A DNA stretch of 64,000 nt from an uncultured Gemmatimonadales bacterium (GTDB lineage Bacteria; Gemmatimonadota; Gemmatimonadetes; Gemmatimonadales; GWC2-71-9), in the NCBI GenBank assembly GCA_963739455.1, contig CAVUAK010000003.1, positions 96,001 to 160,000 on the forward strand, given 5' to 3'. Shown here piece by piece: positions 50,745 through 60,374 of the stretch. The notes under the pieces are model-generated. The model worked only from the letters and a program-made list of their open reading frames with translations, searched no databases and was not told the origin of the DNA. Within the stretch, counting starts at the first letter, position 1. Every line of letters starts with the position of its first letter. The translations under genes were made by a program, and so were the position numbers.

Positions 50745-52022
50745 CTAGGGGCGGAGGAGCGGTTCGCCAGTGTCGAGTGACTTTTTCACGTCCACGGCAG
50801 GACGCGTGATCAGGCCAAGGAGTGGCTTCAGGTCGGCAGTGATGGGGCGCGCGACGAAGACGCGGAACCTGCGGGCGCTGTGGTAGAGCTGGCTCGCGAT
50901 GGCGGGCAGCCCGAGCTGGCCCGCCCGGCCCTGGTCCGTCAGGCGCTCGACCCGGCCATCCCGCATGCGCAGCGGAAGGTCCACGCTCAGCATGTTCTGC
51001 CGCGCCGGATAGTCGATGAGGAGCTCCCCCGGGGCGAGGCCGACCTCGCGCGCGACGGCATCCTCCACCCGCTCCACCACCGCCGGCTCGTCAGATACCC
51101 ACTCGCGCGCGCCGGACGGCACGTCGCTCGCCGGCAGTTCCATTGCCCGCTTGTAGAGACGGCGCTCGCGCACCGCGCGCGCCAGCTCGCTGCCGTTCCG
51201 GGTCAGTTGCTCCATCACCACGTCGTCGGTGGCAATGCTCGCGTCGTCCGGCCTGAGTGTGCCCGCGGCGACCGCCTGCCGCACGGCACGCTTGAACATG
51301 CAGGTGGCCGACCGCACCGCATGGTGCCAGTAGACGTTGCGGTACATCTGGTACTTGGCGAAGAGGAGGGATTCGAGGGCACTCACGCCCTTCTCGTGCA
51401 CCCCCACTTCCAGCCGGTTGGCCGGCGTGCGAACGAGTGTCAGTGACGCGAGCAAGCGGTCGACATCGACCGTGCCATAGGGCACGCCGCACATGTGCGC
51501 ATCGCGACTGAGGTAGTCGATCTTGTCGAGGTCGAGCGACCCGGAGATGAGCCCCACGACCGGGCTCGTGCTGCCGCCCACGATGAGTGCGCCGATGTCC
51601 CGCGCGAAGCCCGGCCCACCAATACCCTCGAGCAGCTCGCCCAGCTCCCCCTCGACGAGGCGCATGACGCCGAGCTGTTCATGCGAGGGGAAGCCGGCCT
51701 CCTCGAGCGTATGCGAGAAGGGGTAGTGCCCGATGTCGTGCAGCAGCGCCGCCAGCCGGAGCGCCGTGCGGTCCCGCTCGCTCACCTCGGCGAGCTCACC
51801 ACGTTCCTCGAGCGACGCGAGGGCCAGGCGCGTGAGGTGATAGGCGCCGAGCGCATGCTCGAAACGGGTATGGGTGGCACCGGGATAGACGAGGAAGGCG
51901 TGCCCGAGCTGGCGTACATAGCGCAGGCGCTGCACCGGCGCCGTGTCGAGAACCGACAGGGCCGCCTGGTCGAGGCGGATATTGTCCCAGAGCGGGTCGC
52001 GGACGACCTCGAAGTCGCTCGT
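50745..52022 (-). CDS. HD-domain phosphohydrolase (dNTPase/YwfO-like); start codon non-canonical
   Basis: RDPLW, QRLRYVRQLG, HTRFEHALG, LLHDIGHYPFSH, DLDKIDYL.RD, VYWHH. Confidence 0.88.
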   Translation of the reverse strand, partial: TSDFEVVRDPLWDNIRLDQAALSVLDTAPVQRLRYVRQLGHAFLVYPGATHTRFEHALGAYHLTRLALASLEERGELAEVSERDRTALRLAALLHDIGHYPFSHTLEEAGFPSHEQLGVMRLVEGELGELLEGIGGPGFARDIGALIVGGSTSPVVGLISGSLDLDKIDYLSRDAHMCGVPYGTVDVDRLLASLTLVRTPANRLEVGVHEKGVSALESLLFAKYQMYRNVYWHHAVRSATCMFKRAVRQAVAAGTLRPDDASIATDDVVMEQLTRNGSELARAVRERRLYKRAMELPASDVPSGAREWVSDEPAVVERVEDAVAREVGLAPGELLIDYPARQNMLSVDLPLRMRDGRVERLTDQGRAGQLGLPAIASQLYHSARRFRVFVARPITADLKPLLGLITRPAVDVKKSLDTGEPLLRP

Positions 52023-52024
52023 AG

Positions 52025-53902
52025 TCAGTCCTCGTCCCGCTCGTCGGCGAGCCGCCAGTGGTCGGGCGACCGCCACAGGCTCGACAGGATGAGCTCGCGC
52101 ATCAGCACGAACTCTTTTGGAAGCCGGTCGTAGAGGCGCTCGAAGAGCATCTCATGCCCGAGGATCTCCTGCTTCCACGCCTCGGTGTCGACACCCATCA
52201 GCTCGGTGAAGGTCTCGGCGGTGAAGCCGTCCAGGCCTTCCCACTCGAGGTCGTCATAGCGCGGCATCCAGCCGAGCGGGCTCTCCGTGGCGCCGGCCCG
52301 GCCGCTCACCCGCAGGAAGACCCACTCGAGCACCCGCATGTTGTCGGCGTAACCCGGCCAGATGAAGTGGCCGTGCGCATCCTTGCGGAACCAGTTGACG
52401 CAGAAGATGCGTGGCGGATCGATGATCTGCCGGCCCATCTGGAGCCAGTGGTTGAAGTACTCGCCCATGTGGTAGCCGCAGAACGGCAGCATCGACATCG
52501 GGTCGCGGCGCACCTGGCCCACGGCACCCGTGGCGGCAGCCGTGGTCTCCGACCCGATCGTCGCCGCGAGGTACACGCCGAAGTTCCAGTTGGCCGACTG
52601 GTACACCAGCGGCACCACCGAGGCGCGCCGCCCGCCGAACAGGAACGCACTGATCGGCACGCCCTCCGGGTCCTCCCAGGCGTCGTCGATCGAGGGACAC
52701 TGCGATGCCGGCGCGGTGAAGCGCGCGTTCGGGTGGGCCGCCTTGCGACCGCAATCGGGCGTCCACTTCTGCCCCTGCCAGTCGGTCAGTTCTGCGGGGG
52801 GGGCCTCCGTCATGCCTTCCCACCACACATCGCCGTCGGGCGTGAGCGCCACGTTCGTGAAGATGGCGTTGGCACTGATGGTGGCCATCGCGTTCGGGTT
52901 CGACGCCACGGAGGTGCCAGGTGCGACGCCGAAGAAGCCCGCTTCCGGGTTGATGGCATACAGGCGCCCATCCTCGCCCGGGCGGATCCAGGCGATGTCG
53001 TCGCCCACCGTCGTCACCTTCCAGCCGGAGTAGGTCGGGGGCGGTACCAGCATTGCGAGGTTGGTCTTGCCACAGGCGCTTGGGAAGCCCGCCGCGAAAT
53101 ACCTCTTCTCCCCGGCGGGGTTCTGCACGCCAAGGATCAGCATGTGCTCGGCCATCCATCCCTCGTCGCGCGCCATCACCGAGGCAATGCGGAGCGCAAA
53201 GCACTTCTTGCCGAGCAGCGCGTTGCCGCCGTATCCCGATCCATACGACCAGATGCTCCGCTCGTCGGGGAAGTGCACGATGTACTTCTCGGCGTTGCAG
53301 GGCCACGCCACGTCGCGCTCACCGCGCCCGAGCGGCTTGCCCACCGAGTGCATGCAGGGCACGAACTCCCCGGGGCCCAGCGCATCGAGGGCCGGCCGGC
53401 CCATGCGGGTCATGATGCGCATGTTGACGACGACGTAGGGCGAATCGCTGAGCTCCACGCCGTACTGGGCCAGCGCCGAGCCGAGCGGGCCCATGCAGAA
53501 CGGGATGACGTACATCGTGCGGCCCTTCATGCACCCGCCGAACACGCGGCGCAGCGTCTGCCGCATCTCCTTCGGGTCGACCCAGTTGTTCGTCGGGCCG
53601 GCATCCTGCTTCCGCTGGCTGCAGATGAACGTCCGGTCCTCGACCCTTGCCACGTCGCTCGGGTCGGAGAGGGCCAGGTAGCTGTTGGGACGGAGGGTGG
53701 GATTCAGTCGCTTGAGCGTACCGGCGGAGATCATCTGTTCGCAGAGCCGCTCTGATTCCGCGGCGGAACCGTCACACCAATGGATCGCCTCGGGCTGGCA
53801 GAGCTCAGCCATCTCGGCGACCCACGCGACGAGCCGCTCATTCTTCACCCAGCTCGGCGCGCGGGCAGTGGAGGCGGCGGATGGGGCCGTGGACATGGTC
53901 AT
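52025..53902 (-). CDS. pckG: Phosphoenolpyruvate carboxykinase (GTP)
   Basis: [51 protein letters not shown]. Confidence 0.97.
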   Translation of the reverse strand: MTMSTAPSAASTARAPSWVKNERLVAWVAEMAELCQPEAIHWCDGSAAESERLCEQMISAGTLKRLNPTLRPNSYLALSDPSDVARVEDRTFICSQRKQDAGPTNNWVDPKEMRQTLRRVFGGCMKGRTMYVIPFCMGPLGSALAQYGVELSDSPYVVVNMRIMTRMGRPALDALGPGEFVPCMHSVGKPLGRGERDVAWPCNAEKYIVHFPDERSIWSYGSGYGGNALLGKKCFALRIASVMARDEGWMAEHMLILGVQNPAGEKRYFAAGFPSACGKTNLAMLVPPPTYSGWKVTTVGDDIAWIRPGEDGRLYAINPEAGFFGVAPGTSVASNPNAMATISANAIFTNVALTPDGDVWWEGMTEAPPAELTDWQGQKWTPDCGRKAAHPNARFTAPASQCPSIDDAWEDPEGVPISAFLFGGRRASVVPLVYQSANWNFGVYLAATIGSETTAAATGAVGQVRRDPMSMLPFCGYHMGEYFNHWLQMGRQIIDPPRIFCVNWFRKDAHGHFIWPGYADNMRVLEWVFLRVSGRAGATESPLGWMPRYDDLEWEGLDGFTAETFTELMGVDTEAWKQEILGHEMLFERLYDRLPKEFVLMRELILSSLWRSPDHWRLADERDED

Positions 53903-53914
53903 GAAGACTCCCGG

Positions 53915-54559
53915 TCAGCGACTGAGCTGGATGGTAGTCGGGGTGTGATAGGCTCGCGCCGCCGTATTCCGGTCCCGCTCGGACGGGGCGGAGACGACCG
54001 GGTCGGAATACATCAGGTCGTCGGGGTCGGGTGAATGCTGGAAGATGCCCAGCGCGTGGCCAAGCTCGTGCGCCGTGGTGAGCGCGAGACAGGCGTCGAC
54101 CCCCGGCGCGTCTGGATCGAAGCGGAGCTCGATGTAGATGTGCATCGGCGGCGTGAGCAGGAACGTCTGCGGATCGACCGCGATGTCGGTGGCACCCTGG
54201 CACTGGCGCGCCATGCTCGGCAGCACCGGCGCGTTGGCCGGGGGCTGGCCCGCCAGTACGATGATATCCGCGTCAGCAGAGTCGGCGACCATCGTTCCGC
54301 GGAACTCGCCGTACAGGAACTGTGCCTGCCACGTCTGGATGGCCGCGGTTGTGTGCGCAACCAGCCCGAGGCTGTCCTGCGCCCACAGCTTGAGTGGCTG
54401 CGACCCCGTGGGCCACGCAAACGAGAGGGTATCGGTGCCGCCATCGGGCAACGGCTCGAGGAGTCGCCACTCGTAGCGATCGGCGCGCAGCGGCGCCGTG
54501 GCGTCCCCGCAGGCGGCCACGAGCGCGAGCAATGCCCAGCGCAAGGCATGTCGGGTCAT
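53915..54559 (-). CDS. Matrixin-like (metzincin) lipoprotein
   Basis: Lipobox VAAC, HELGHALGIFQHS, Met-turn DLMY. Confidence 0.85.
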   Translation of the reverse strand: MTRHALRWALLALVAACGDATAPLRADRYEWRLLEPLPDGGTDTLSFAWPTGSQPLKLWAQDSLGLVAHTTAAIQTWQAQFLYGEFRGTMVADSADADIIVLAGQPPANAPVLPSMARQCQGATDIAVDPQTFLLTPPMHIYIELRFDPDAPGVDACLALTTAHELGHALGIFQHSPDPDDLMYSDPVVSAPSERDRNTAARAYHTPTTIQLSR

Positions 54560-55176
54560 GATTTCACCGCCTTCTTCAGCGACAATCCCACGCCAAGCGA
54601 TACCTGCGGCACCCACTGCGTGCCGCTGAAGCCGACGAGCCGCGTCTGGCCCGGCGTCAGCGTGTGCGTGTCGGCTCGCGCCCCGATCATGACGTCGAAC
54701 TTCGACAGCAGTGGCACGGTGTAGTCGAGTCCGGCGCCGAAGAGCACGTTCCAGCTCCCGCCCTGCAGGAAGATCCCGGCGTCCTCACTGGGGATCGTCC
54801 CGATCATGCCGATGCCGGCGCGCCAGCGGAGCCGCTGGGCGATCGGGCCGTTCAGGTTGGCGAGGAAGCTCAGCGTCGTGATGTTGCCCAGGTCGGTGGA
54901 CGCCCCGCCGACGTCGGCGCTGTAACCGCCCCACGCGACGGTCGCCTCCAGGCCGACGCCCACCTTCGGCGCCAGTGGGAGGCCAGCGCCGATCCGGACC
55001 ATGGGGGCGATCGATTGCTGCGTGGTGATCTCTTGGCCGGCGATGTTGTCGTGCAGCAGGGGAGCCGCCCATACCGCGCCGAGCTGGAAATAGAGGTCGA
55101 GCTGCTGGGCCTGTGCGACGCCGGGCAATCCGAGGGACAGGATGGCGGCGCAGGCGACGGAGATGGGACGCTTCAT
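54556..55176 (-). CDS. Putative outer-membrane beta-barrel protein
   Basis: Signal peptide, amphipathic strands, terminal VSLGVGLSL. Confidence 0.65.
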   Translation of the reverse strand: MKRPISVACAAILSLGLPGVAQAQQLDLYFQLGAVWAAPLLHDNIAGQEITTQQSIAPMVRIGAGLPLAPKVGVGLEATVAWGGYSADVGGASTDLGNITTLSFLANLNGPIAQRLRWRAGIGMIGTIPSEDAGIFLQGGSWNVLFGAGLDYTVPLLSKFDVMIGARADTHTLTPGQTRLVGFSGTQWVPQVSLGVGLSLKKAVKS

Positions 55177-55210
55177 TGGCCCGGGAAAATGGTCACCCGG
55201 AGGGGCAGGG

Positions 55211-56083
55211 TCAACGAGCGGGACCGCTGGCGTAGCCCCGCAGCTTGGCCAGCATCTCCCGGTCGTTGGTCACCTCATCGTCGCCCTTTGGAGTCTCGAG
55301 CAGCTTGATGACATGCGCGAACCGCGAATCGCGCATGATCCGGCGGAATGGTTCCTCGCCCAGTGAGCCGTCTCCAATGAGTTCGTGCCGGTCCTTGTGC
55401 GAGTCGAACGGGTTCTTCGAATCGTTCAGGTGGAGCACCCGGAGTGCATCCAGGCCGAGGATCCGGTCAAACGACGTCCAGACGCCGTCAAAATCGCCCA
55501 CCAGGTCGTAACCCGCGGAGTACAGGTGGCAGGTGTCCGCACAGAATGCCACCCGGTGCCGGACGTCGTCGGCGATGCCCGCCCGCAGCTCGGCGAGCTC
55601 CTCGAAACGGCTCCCCAGGGCCGTGCCAGTTCCTGCAGTCGTCTCCAGGAGGACCATGACGTCTCCGGGAACGCTGCGCAGGGCCTTCGAATAGCTTGCA
55701 CTGTTGCGCGCGAGCCCGGCCTGTGGATCATCCATGTAGTTGCCCGGATGAGACACGATGTAAGGGATCCCAAGTGCCGTGCAGCGTTGGAGTTCGGCCG
55801 TAAACGACAGTGTTGATCGCTGGTTGAGCGCGGCGTCGGGAGAGGCCAGGTTTATGAGGTACGAATCATGCGATACCACGGCTCGTAACCCACTGTCCGA
55901 GAATGCCTTGCGAAACTGCTCCGCGGTGACCTCGTCGATGGACGGGTCCCGCCATTGGTTGGGGGTCTTGGTGAAAAGCTGTATCGCTGTGGCGCCAATG
56001 GCGACACCGCGCTCCGGCGCTGTCGCCACTCCGCCCTGCGTGCTGACATGAGCGCCCAGGCGCTCGGCAACTGCTCCCGTCAT
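55211..56083 (-). CDS. nfo: Endonuclease IV
   Basis: GAHVS, HDSYLINLAS, HPG, LETTAG, DTCH, HLNDSK..DRHE, LETP. Confidence 0.95.
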   Translation of the reverse strand: MTGAVAERLGAHVSTQGGVATAPERGVAIGATAIQLFTKTPNQWRDPSIDEVTAEQFRKAFSDSGLRAVVSHDSYLINLASPDAALNQRSTLSFTAELQRCTALGIPYIVSHPGNYMDDPQAGLARNSASYSKALRSVPGDVMVLLETTAGTGTALGSRFEELAELRAGIADDVRHRVAFCADTCHLYSAGYDLVGDFDGVWTSFDRILGLDALRVLHLNDSKNPFDSHKDRHELIGDGSLGEEPFRRIMRDSRFAHVIKLLETPKGDDEVTNDREMLAKLRGYASGPAR

Positions 56084-56100
56084 TCCCGGCTCCATTCCTG

Positions 56101-57471
56101 ATGGATCCAACCACTTCGCCTGAATCGGCACGTCCACGCGTGCTGCTCTCCGGTGACGCCGCCGCGCGACCAGCAGGCCTGGAGCGCGCCCTGTCGCGCG
56201 CCGGCTTCGTGGTGCTCGAGGCCGCCGACGCCGTCGGTCTCGAGGACGAACGGACTGCCGCGCTTGCCCTGGTGACATTGCTCCCGAACGGCACCGGAGT
56301 GGAGAGTCGGTTCGCCGAGGCGCAGGCGCGCGTTGGCTCGTCCGTGCCGCTGGTGCTGCTGCTTGCCGTCGCCGATCCGGAGCACGCCGCCTATGCCCTT
56401 GCCGCCGGTGCCGCCGATGTGATCCAGCCGCCGGTGCATCTCGGTGAGCTCGCGGCGCGACTGGCCGCGCGGCTCCGGGAGCGGGAGCAGGGCCTGGCGA
56501 CCCGCGTCGCGAGCCAGATGGCGCCACTGCTGCAGCGGGCTGGCGGCCCACTTGGCGTCGAGGAAGTGCTCGGCGTCGTCGCGACCCGGTTGGCGCATGC
56601 CCTCGAGCTGGCGCGCTGTGATGCGCTGCTCGTGCATCCCGGCGAACGCCATGCGCGCCGCGTGGCCATCGTGCCCGCAGAACAGTTCATCGATCATCGC
56701 ATCGACCTGTCCAGCTGGCCCGCACTGGTGGATGCCGCGCGCTCGGGTGAAGTGGCCGTGGTACCGACGCCGTCACCGGCGGCGCGGTCGCACGCGGATT
56801 CCGAGGCCCCCAGCGCCATCGCCCTTCCGGTCCGGGGACGAGGCAACGTCGCGGCGGTGTTCCTGCTCGTGCCGCGGGCCGCGCGTCCAGTGCTGTCCGC
56901 TGCTCAACTCGCCTTTGCCCGCGAACTCGCCGCCGCCGCTGGGCCGGTACTCGACGAGGAGCCAGGTGCGCTCGCGCCGGACGGCCATCGCGATCCGCTG
57001 ACCGGTCTCGAGCGGGGTCGCGCGCTCGAGCATCGCATCCGCGTGGAAATGGAGCGGGCCCGGCGCTATGCGCTCGGCGTGGCGCTCGTGCTGCTCGATC
57101 TCGACCAGTTGTCGGCGGTGAACGCGACCCATGGCAGTGATGCCGGAGACCGCCTGCTCAAGGAGTTCGGCGCGCTGCTCGTGCGCGATATGCGCGTGCC
57201 CGACTTCGTGGCTCGTGTCGGCGGGGACGAGTTCGCGCTGCTCCTGCCCGAGACAGGTCTCGAGGGCGCCCGCACCGCCATCCGGCGACTGCGCTATCGC
57301 ATGACCGACCCGGGTTTCGCGCGGGGACTGGACATGCGCCCCACGGTGACTGCCGGCGTGCTCACGCTTCCGTGGCCCGACAGCGACAGACCCGACGATG
57401 TCCTGGCACTCGCCGAAGCCGCGCTTCTCCGCGCGAAAGCTCAAGGCGGAGAACGTATCGGAACGCTCTAG
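56101..57471 (+). CDS. Diguanylate cyclase with degenerate receiver and GAF domains
   Basis: ALAAGAADVIQPP, DPLTGL, I-site RVPD, GGDEF. Confidence 0.85.
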   Translation: MDPTTSPESARPRVLLSGDAAARPAGLERALSRAGFVVLEAADAVGLEDERTAALALVTLLPNGTGVESRFAEAQARVGSSVPLVLLLAVADPEHAAYALAAGAADVIQPPVHLGELAARLAARLREREQGLATRVASQMAPLLQRAGGPLGVEEVLGVVATRLAHALELARCDALLVHPGERHARRVAIVPAEQFIDHRIDLSSWPALVDAARSGEVAVVPTPSPAARSHADSEAPSAIALPVRGRGNVAAVFLLVPRAARPVLSAAQLAFARELAAAAGPVLDEEPGALAPDGHRDPLTGLERGRALEHRIRVEMERARRYALGVALVLLDLDQLSAVNATHGSDAGDRLLKEFGALLVRDMRVPDFVARVGGDEFALLLPETGLEGARTAIRRLRYRMTDPGFARGLDMRPTVTAGVLTLPWPDSDRPDDVLALAEAALLRAKAQGGERIGTL

Positions 57472-57565
57472 TCGTCGGTCGTCAGTCGGCAGTCGGCAGA
57501 GAGTCAGCAGACGCTCCGCACCAGCACAACTGACGACTTCCTGACGACTGTCGACTGCCGACTGC
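57470..57565. repeat. Inverted arrays of AGTCGKC-type heptamers between convergent genes
   Basis: Left arm agtcgtc ggtcgtc agtcggc agtcggc; right arm ctgacgact..ctgacgactgtcgactgccgactgc. Confidence 0.85.
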
Positions 57566-58752
57566 TATCTCCTTCTGAGCCATGCCGTCGGGTCGAGGGC
57601 AATCTGGTTCTCGCCCCGGATCTCGAAGTGCAGGTGCGGCCCGTAGTCTGTGTTGGCACCGCCCACTGTCCCCACCGTCTGTCCCCGCACCACCTTGTCG
57701 CCCTGCTTCACCGATGCGCTCTGCAGCTGCATGTACAGCGACCAGTAGCCGTTGCCGTGCTCGACCGCGACGGTCAGGCCGTAGGTGCCGACATTGCCCA
57801 CCAGTCCCACTTGGCCACCCTCGACCGCCTTGACCGGGGTCCCGACCGGTGCCCCGATGCCGATGCCATTCCAGCGGATCACCCCGCCGCTTGGCAGCGT
57901 GTCGCGACCGAACTTGTAGACGATGGTGCCTTGCACCGGCCAGTCGAGCTTGCCGAGATCGGCGGTGGTGAGGGAGCCTGCCGTGGGGGCGGTGCCGCGT
58001 GCCGCGGCGCGGGCCGTCTCGTTTTCGCGGCGCTTGTCGGCCGTCGCGAGCAATGACGTAAGCCGCGACGCGTCCTTCTCCAGGGTCGAGAGCTGCTGGT
58101 CAGTATTCTTGGCGCTCCGCTTCAGTGCGACCATGCGCTTCGCCCCCTCGTCCACGAGGGTGCCGTAGCGCTTGAGCTCCGCCTCGCGCTCCTCCTTGGT
58201 GCGGTCGAGCTGGGTACGCACCTCCAGCACGTTGTTGCGCTGCTTCGCGATCCGGTTCCGCAGCGCTTCCACCTCGCCCACGAGCTGCCGGTCCTGCTGG
58301 CTCGTGAGGTACAGGTACTTGTAGCGGCTCACCAGTTCGCCAAACGACTCGACGGTGAGCAGCACCTGGTAGACGTACAGTTGCCCGCGCTTGTAGATGT
58401 CGATGAGCCGGCGCTCGAGGACGGCGTTCCGCTCGGCGAGGTTGTCGGTGGCGAGGATCAGTTCGGCGGTGTTGCGGTCCAGCTGCGACGAGAGGCCGCC
58501 GATCTGCCGGTCGATCTCGTTGACGATGCGATGGGTGCTCTCGCGCTGGCGCTCGAGGTTGCTCAGTTCGTCCTGCACGTCATGCACCTGCCCCTGCAGT
58601 CGCTGCTGCTGCAGCTTGAGCCGGTCCCGCTCGGCGCGGATTTCCTCAAGGCGCCGGCGGGAGGCCTGGATGGAGTCGCTTTGGGCGTGAAGACGTGAAG
58701 ACGTGAAGACGTGAAGTGAACACACCCCGCACATCATGATTACGGTGCTCAT
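57565..58752 (-). CDS. envC: Murein hydrolase activator EnvC (coiled coil plus M23/LytM)
   Basis: Long coiled coil, LDWPVQG, WNGIGIGA, degenerate M23 site, HLHFEIR. Located downstream of ftsEX. Confidence 0.85.
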   Translation of the reverse strand: MSTVIMMCGVCSLHVFTSSRLHAQSDSIQASRRRLEEIRAERDRLKLQQQRLQGQVHDVQDELSNLERQRESTHRIVNEIDRQIGGLSSQLDRNTAELILATDNLAERNAVLERRLIDIYKRGQLYVYQVLLTVESFGELVSRYKYLYLTSQQDRQLVGEVEALRNRIAKQRNNVLEVRTQLDRTKEEREAELKRYGTLVDEGAKRMVALKRSAKNTDQQLSTLEKDASRLTSLLATADKRRENETARAAARGTAPTAGSLTTADLGKLDWPVQGTIVYKFGRDTLPSGGVIRWNGIGIGAPVGTPVKAVEGGQVGLVGNVGTYGLTVAVEHGNGYWSLYMQLQSASVKQGDKVVRGQTVGTVGGANTDYGPHLHFEIRGENQIALDPTAWLRRR

Positions 58753-58826
58753 GGTGCGGCGCCAACCACTGCGGAGTCGTGCACGAAGGACCCTCACGTC
58801 CTCACGTCCTCACGTCTTCACGTCTT
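58686..58826. repeat. Inverted octamer arrays (CGTGAAGA)x4 and (CYTCACGT)x4 flanking the envC start
   Basis: Arrays at 58686-58716 and 58792-58826, reverse-complementary to each other. Confidence 0.9.
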
Positions 58827-59688
58827 AGACTTCCTTCAGGTGCCGGCCGACACTCAACAAGCTCCCCAACAACCCCAGCAGCACCCCGAACACCACCAGC
58901 AGCACCATGTCGAGCGGGCGGAAGAACACCAGCGTGGAGAGTGGGCCGGCACCGCGGAACAGGGTGTAGGCGGCGAAGGCGAGCACGAGGGCCAGCAGTC
59001 CGCCCAGGACGCCCTTGAGGGCGCCCTCGAGCAGGAAGGGCCCGCGGACGAACCAGTTGGTGGCGCCCACCACGCGCATGATCGCGATCTCGCGCGCGCG
59101 CTGCATGATCGTGAGGCGGATGGTGACACCGATGATCACCACGGCGATGAGCCCGAAGGCCGCCCCGATGATGAGCCCCACCACGCCCGCCATGTTGCGC
59201 AGCTGGTCCAGCCGCGCGATCCAGTCGCGCCCGTAGCGCACGTCCTCCACGAAGGGGAAGCCGCGCACCCGGTCGGCTACGCCTGCCACGTGGGCCGCGT
59301 CGCGGAAGCCTTCCTTGAGGCGGATTTCCAGTGACGCCGGCAGCGGGTTCACCTGCAGGTCACGATAGGCATCCTTGAACTCGACCAGTTCCCGCCGGGC
59401 CTGCACCAGGGCCTGGTCCTCGGAGACGAACTTCACGTCCGCCACCTCGGGGAAGCTCGCGATGTCCTGCGACGCCAGCGTGATCGTCTCGGGGGCGGTG
59501 CCACGGAGCAGGAACGCCACCACCTCCACGCGCTCCTCCACCCCGCGCAGCGCCTGGCGGAGGTTGAGCGCCACCAGGCCGAAGAGCCCGACGGTGAAGA
59601 GCGAGAACGCGATGGCGGTGATCGACAGCAGCGAGAGCAGCGGCGCGCGCCGGAAGGAGAGCAGCGCCTCGCGGAGGAGCAGGTTCAT
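58825..59688 (-). CDS. ftsX: Cell division permease FtsX
   Basis: NPLPASLEI, REIAIMRVVGATNWFVRGPFLLEG. Confidence 0.94.
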   Translation of the reverse strand: MNLLLREALLSFRRAPLLSLLSITAIAFSLFTVGLFGLVALNLRQALRGVEERVEVVAFLLRGTAPETITLASQDIASFPEVADVKFVSEDQALVQARRELVEFKDAYRDLQVNPLPASLEIRLKEGFRDAAHVAGVADRVRGFPFVEDVRYGRDWIARLDQLRNMAGVVGLIIGAAFGLIAVVIIGVTIRLTIMQRAREIAIMRVVGATNWFVRGPFLLEGALKGVLGGLLALVLAFAAYTLFRGAGPLSTLVFFRPLDMVLLVVFGVLLGLLGSLLSVGRHLKEV

Positions 59689-60374
59689 GAGAGTTCGTCC
59701 ACCTTCTCGTCCGCGGCGCTGTCGTACACCACGGCGCCCTCGCGCATCTCGATGGTGCGGTAGGTGGTCTGGCGCACCAGGTCGAGGTCGTGCGTCGCCA
59801 TGACGACAATCGTGCCCGAGGTGTTGATCTCGCGGAGCAGCTGGAACACGCCGCGGGTGGCGCGCTCGTCGAGGTTGCCGGTGGGTTCGTCCGCCACGAG
59901 GATGGAGGGATCGTTCACCAGCGCGCGCGCGATCGCGACCCGCTGCTGCTCGCCACCCGAGAGTTCGCGCGGATAGGCCCGCGCCTTGGCGGCGAGGCCC
60001 ACCTGCGTCAGCACCCGCATCACGCGCGCCGGGATCGTGTCGCGCCGGGCACCCGTCACCTCCAGCGCAAACGCGACGTTCTCCGACGCGGTGCGGTCTT
60101 CCAGCAGGCGGAAGTCCTGGAACACGATGCCGAGCTTGCGGCGCAGCTTGGGCACGTCGTCGCCCCGCATCGTCTGCACGGCGTAGTTGGCCACGCGCAC
60201 GTCGCCGCTCGAGGGGCGTTGCTCCGCGAACAGCATCTTGAGGATGGTCGACTTGCCCGCACCCGAGTGACCGGTGAGGAAGATGAACTCACCCTTGTTG
60301 ATGGCGAAGGAGACGTCCTTGAGGGCCAGCGCGCCATTCGGGTAGGACTTGAAGACGTGGGCGAAGCGGATCAC
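59685..60374 (-). CDS. ftsE: Cell division ATP-binding protein FtsE
   Basis: GHSGAGKST, VFQDFRLL, LSGGEQQRVAIARA, ADEPTGNLD. Confidence 0.96.
   Translation of the reverse strand: MIRFAHVFKSYPNGALALKDVSFAINKGEFIFLTGHSGAGKSTILKMLFAEQRPSSGDVRVANYAVQTMRGDDVPKLRRKLGIVFQDFRLLEDRTASENVAFALEVTGARRDTIPARVMRVLTQVGLAAKARAYPRELSGGEQQRVAIARALVNDPSILVADEPTGNLDERATRGVFQLLREINTSGTIVVMATHDLDLVRQTTYRTIEMREGAVVYDSAADEKVDELS

Noticed and set aside
52058..53755. Long antisense ORFs opposite pckG, uvrA, ftsE and others
   Set aside because: Expected from GC-rich codon bias; they carry no protein motifs.
57470..57565. Repeat arrays as a CRISPR array or IS ends
   Set aside because: Units are 7-9 bp without unique spacers, and there is no cas or transposase gene in the window.
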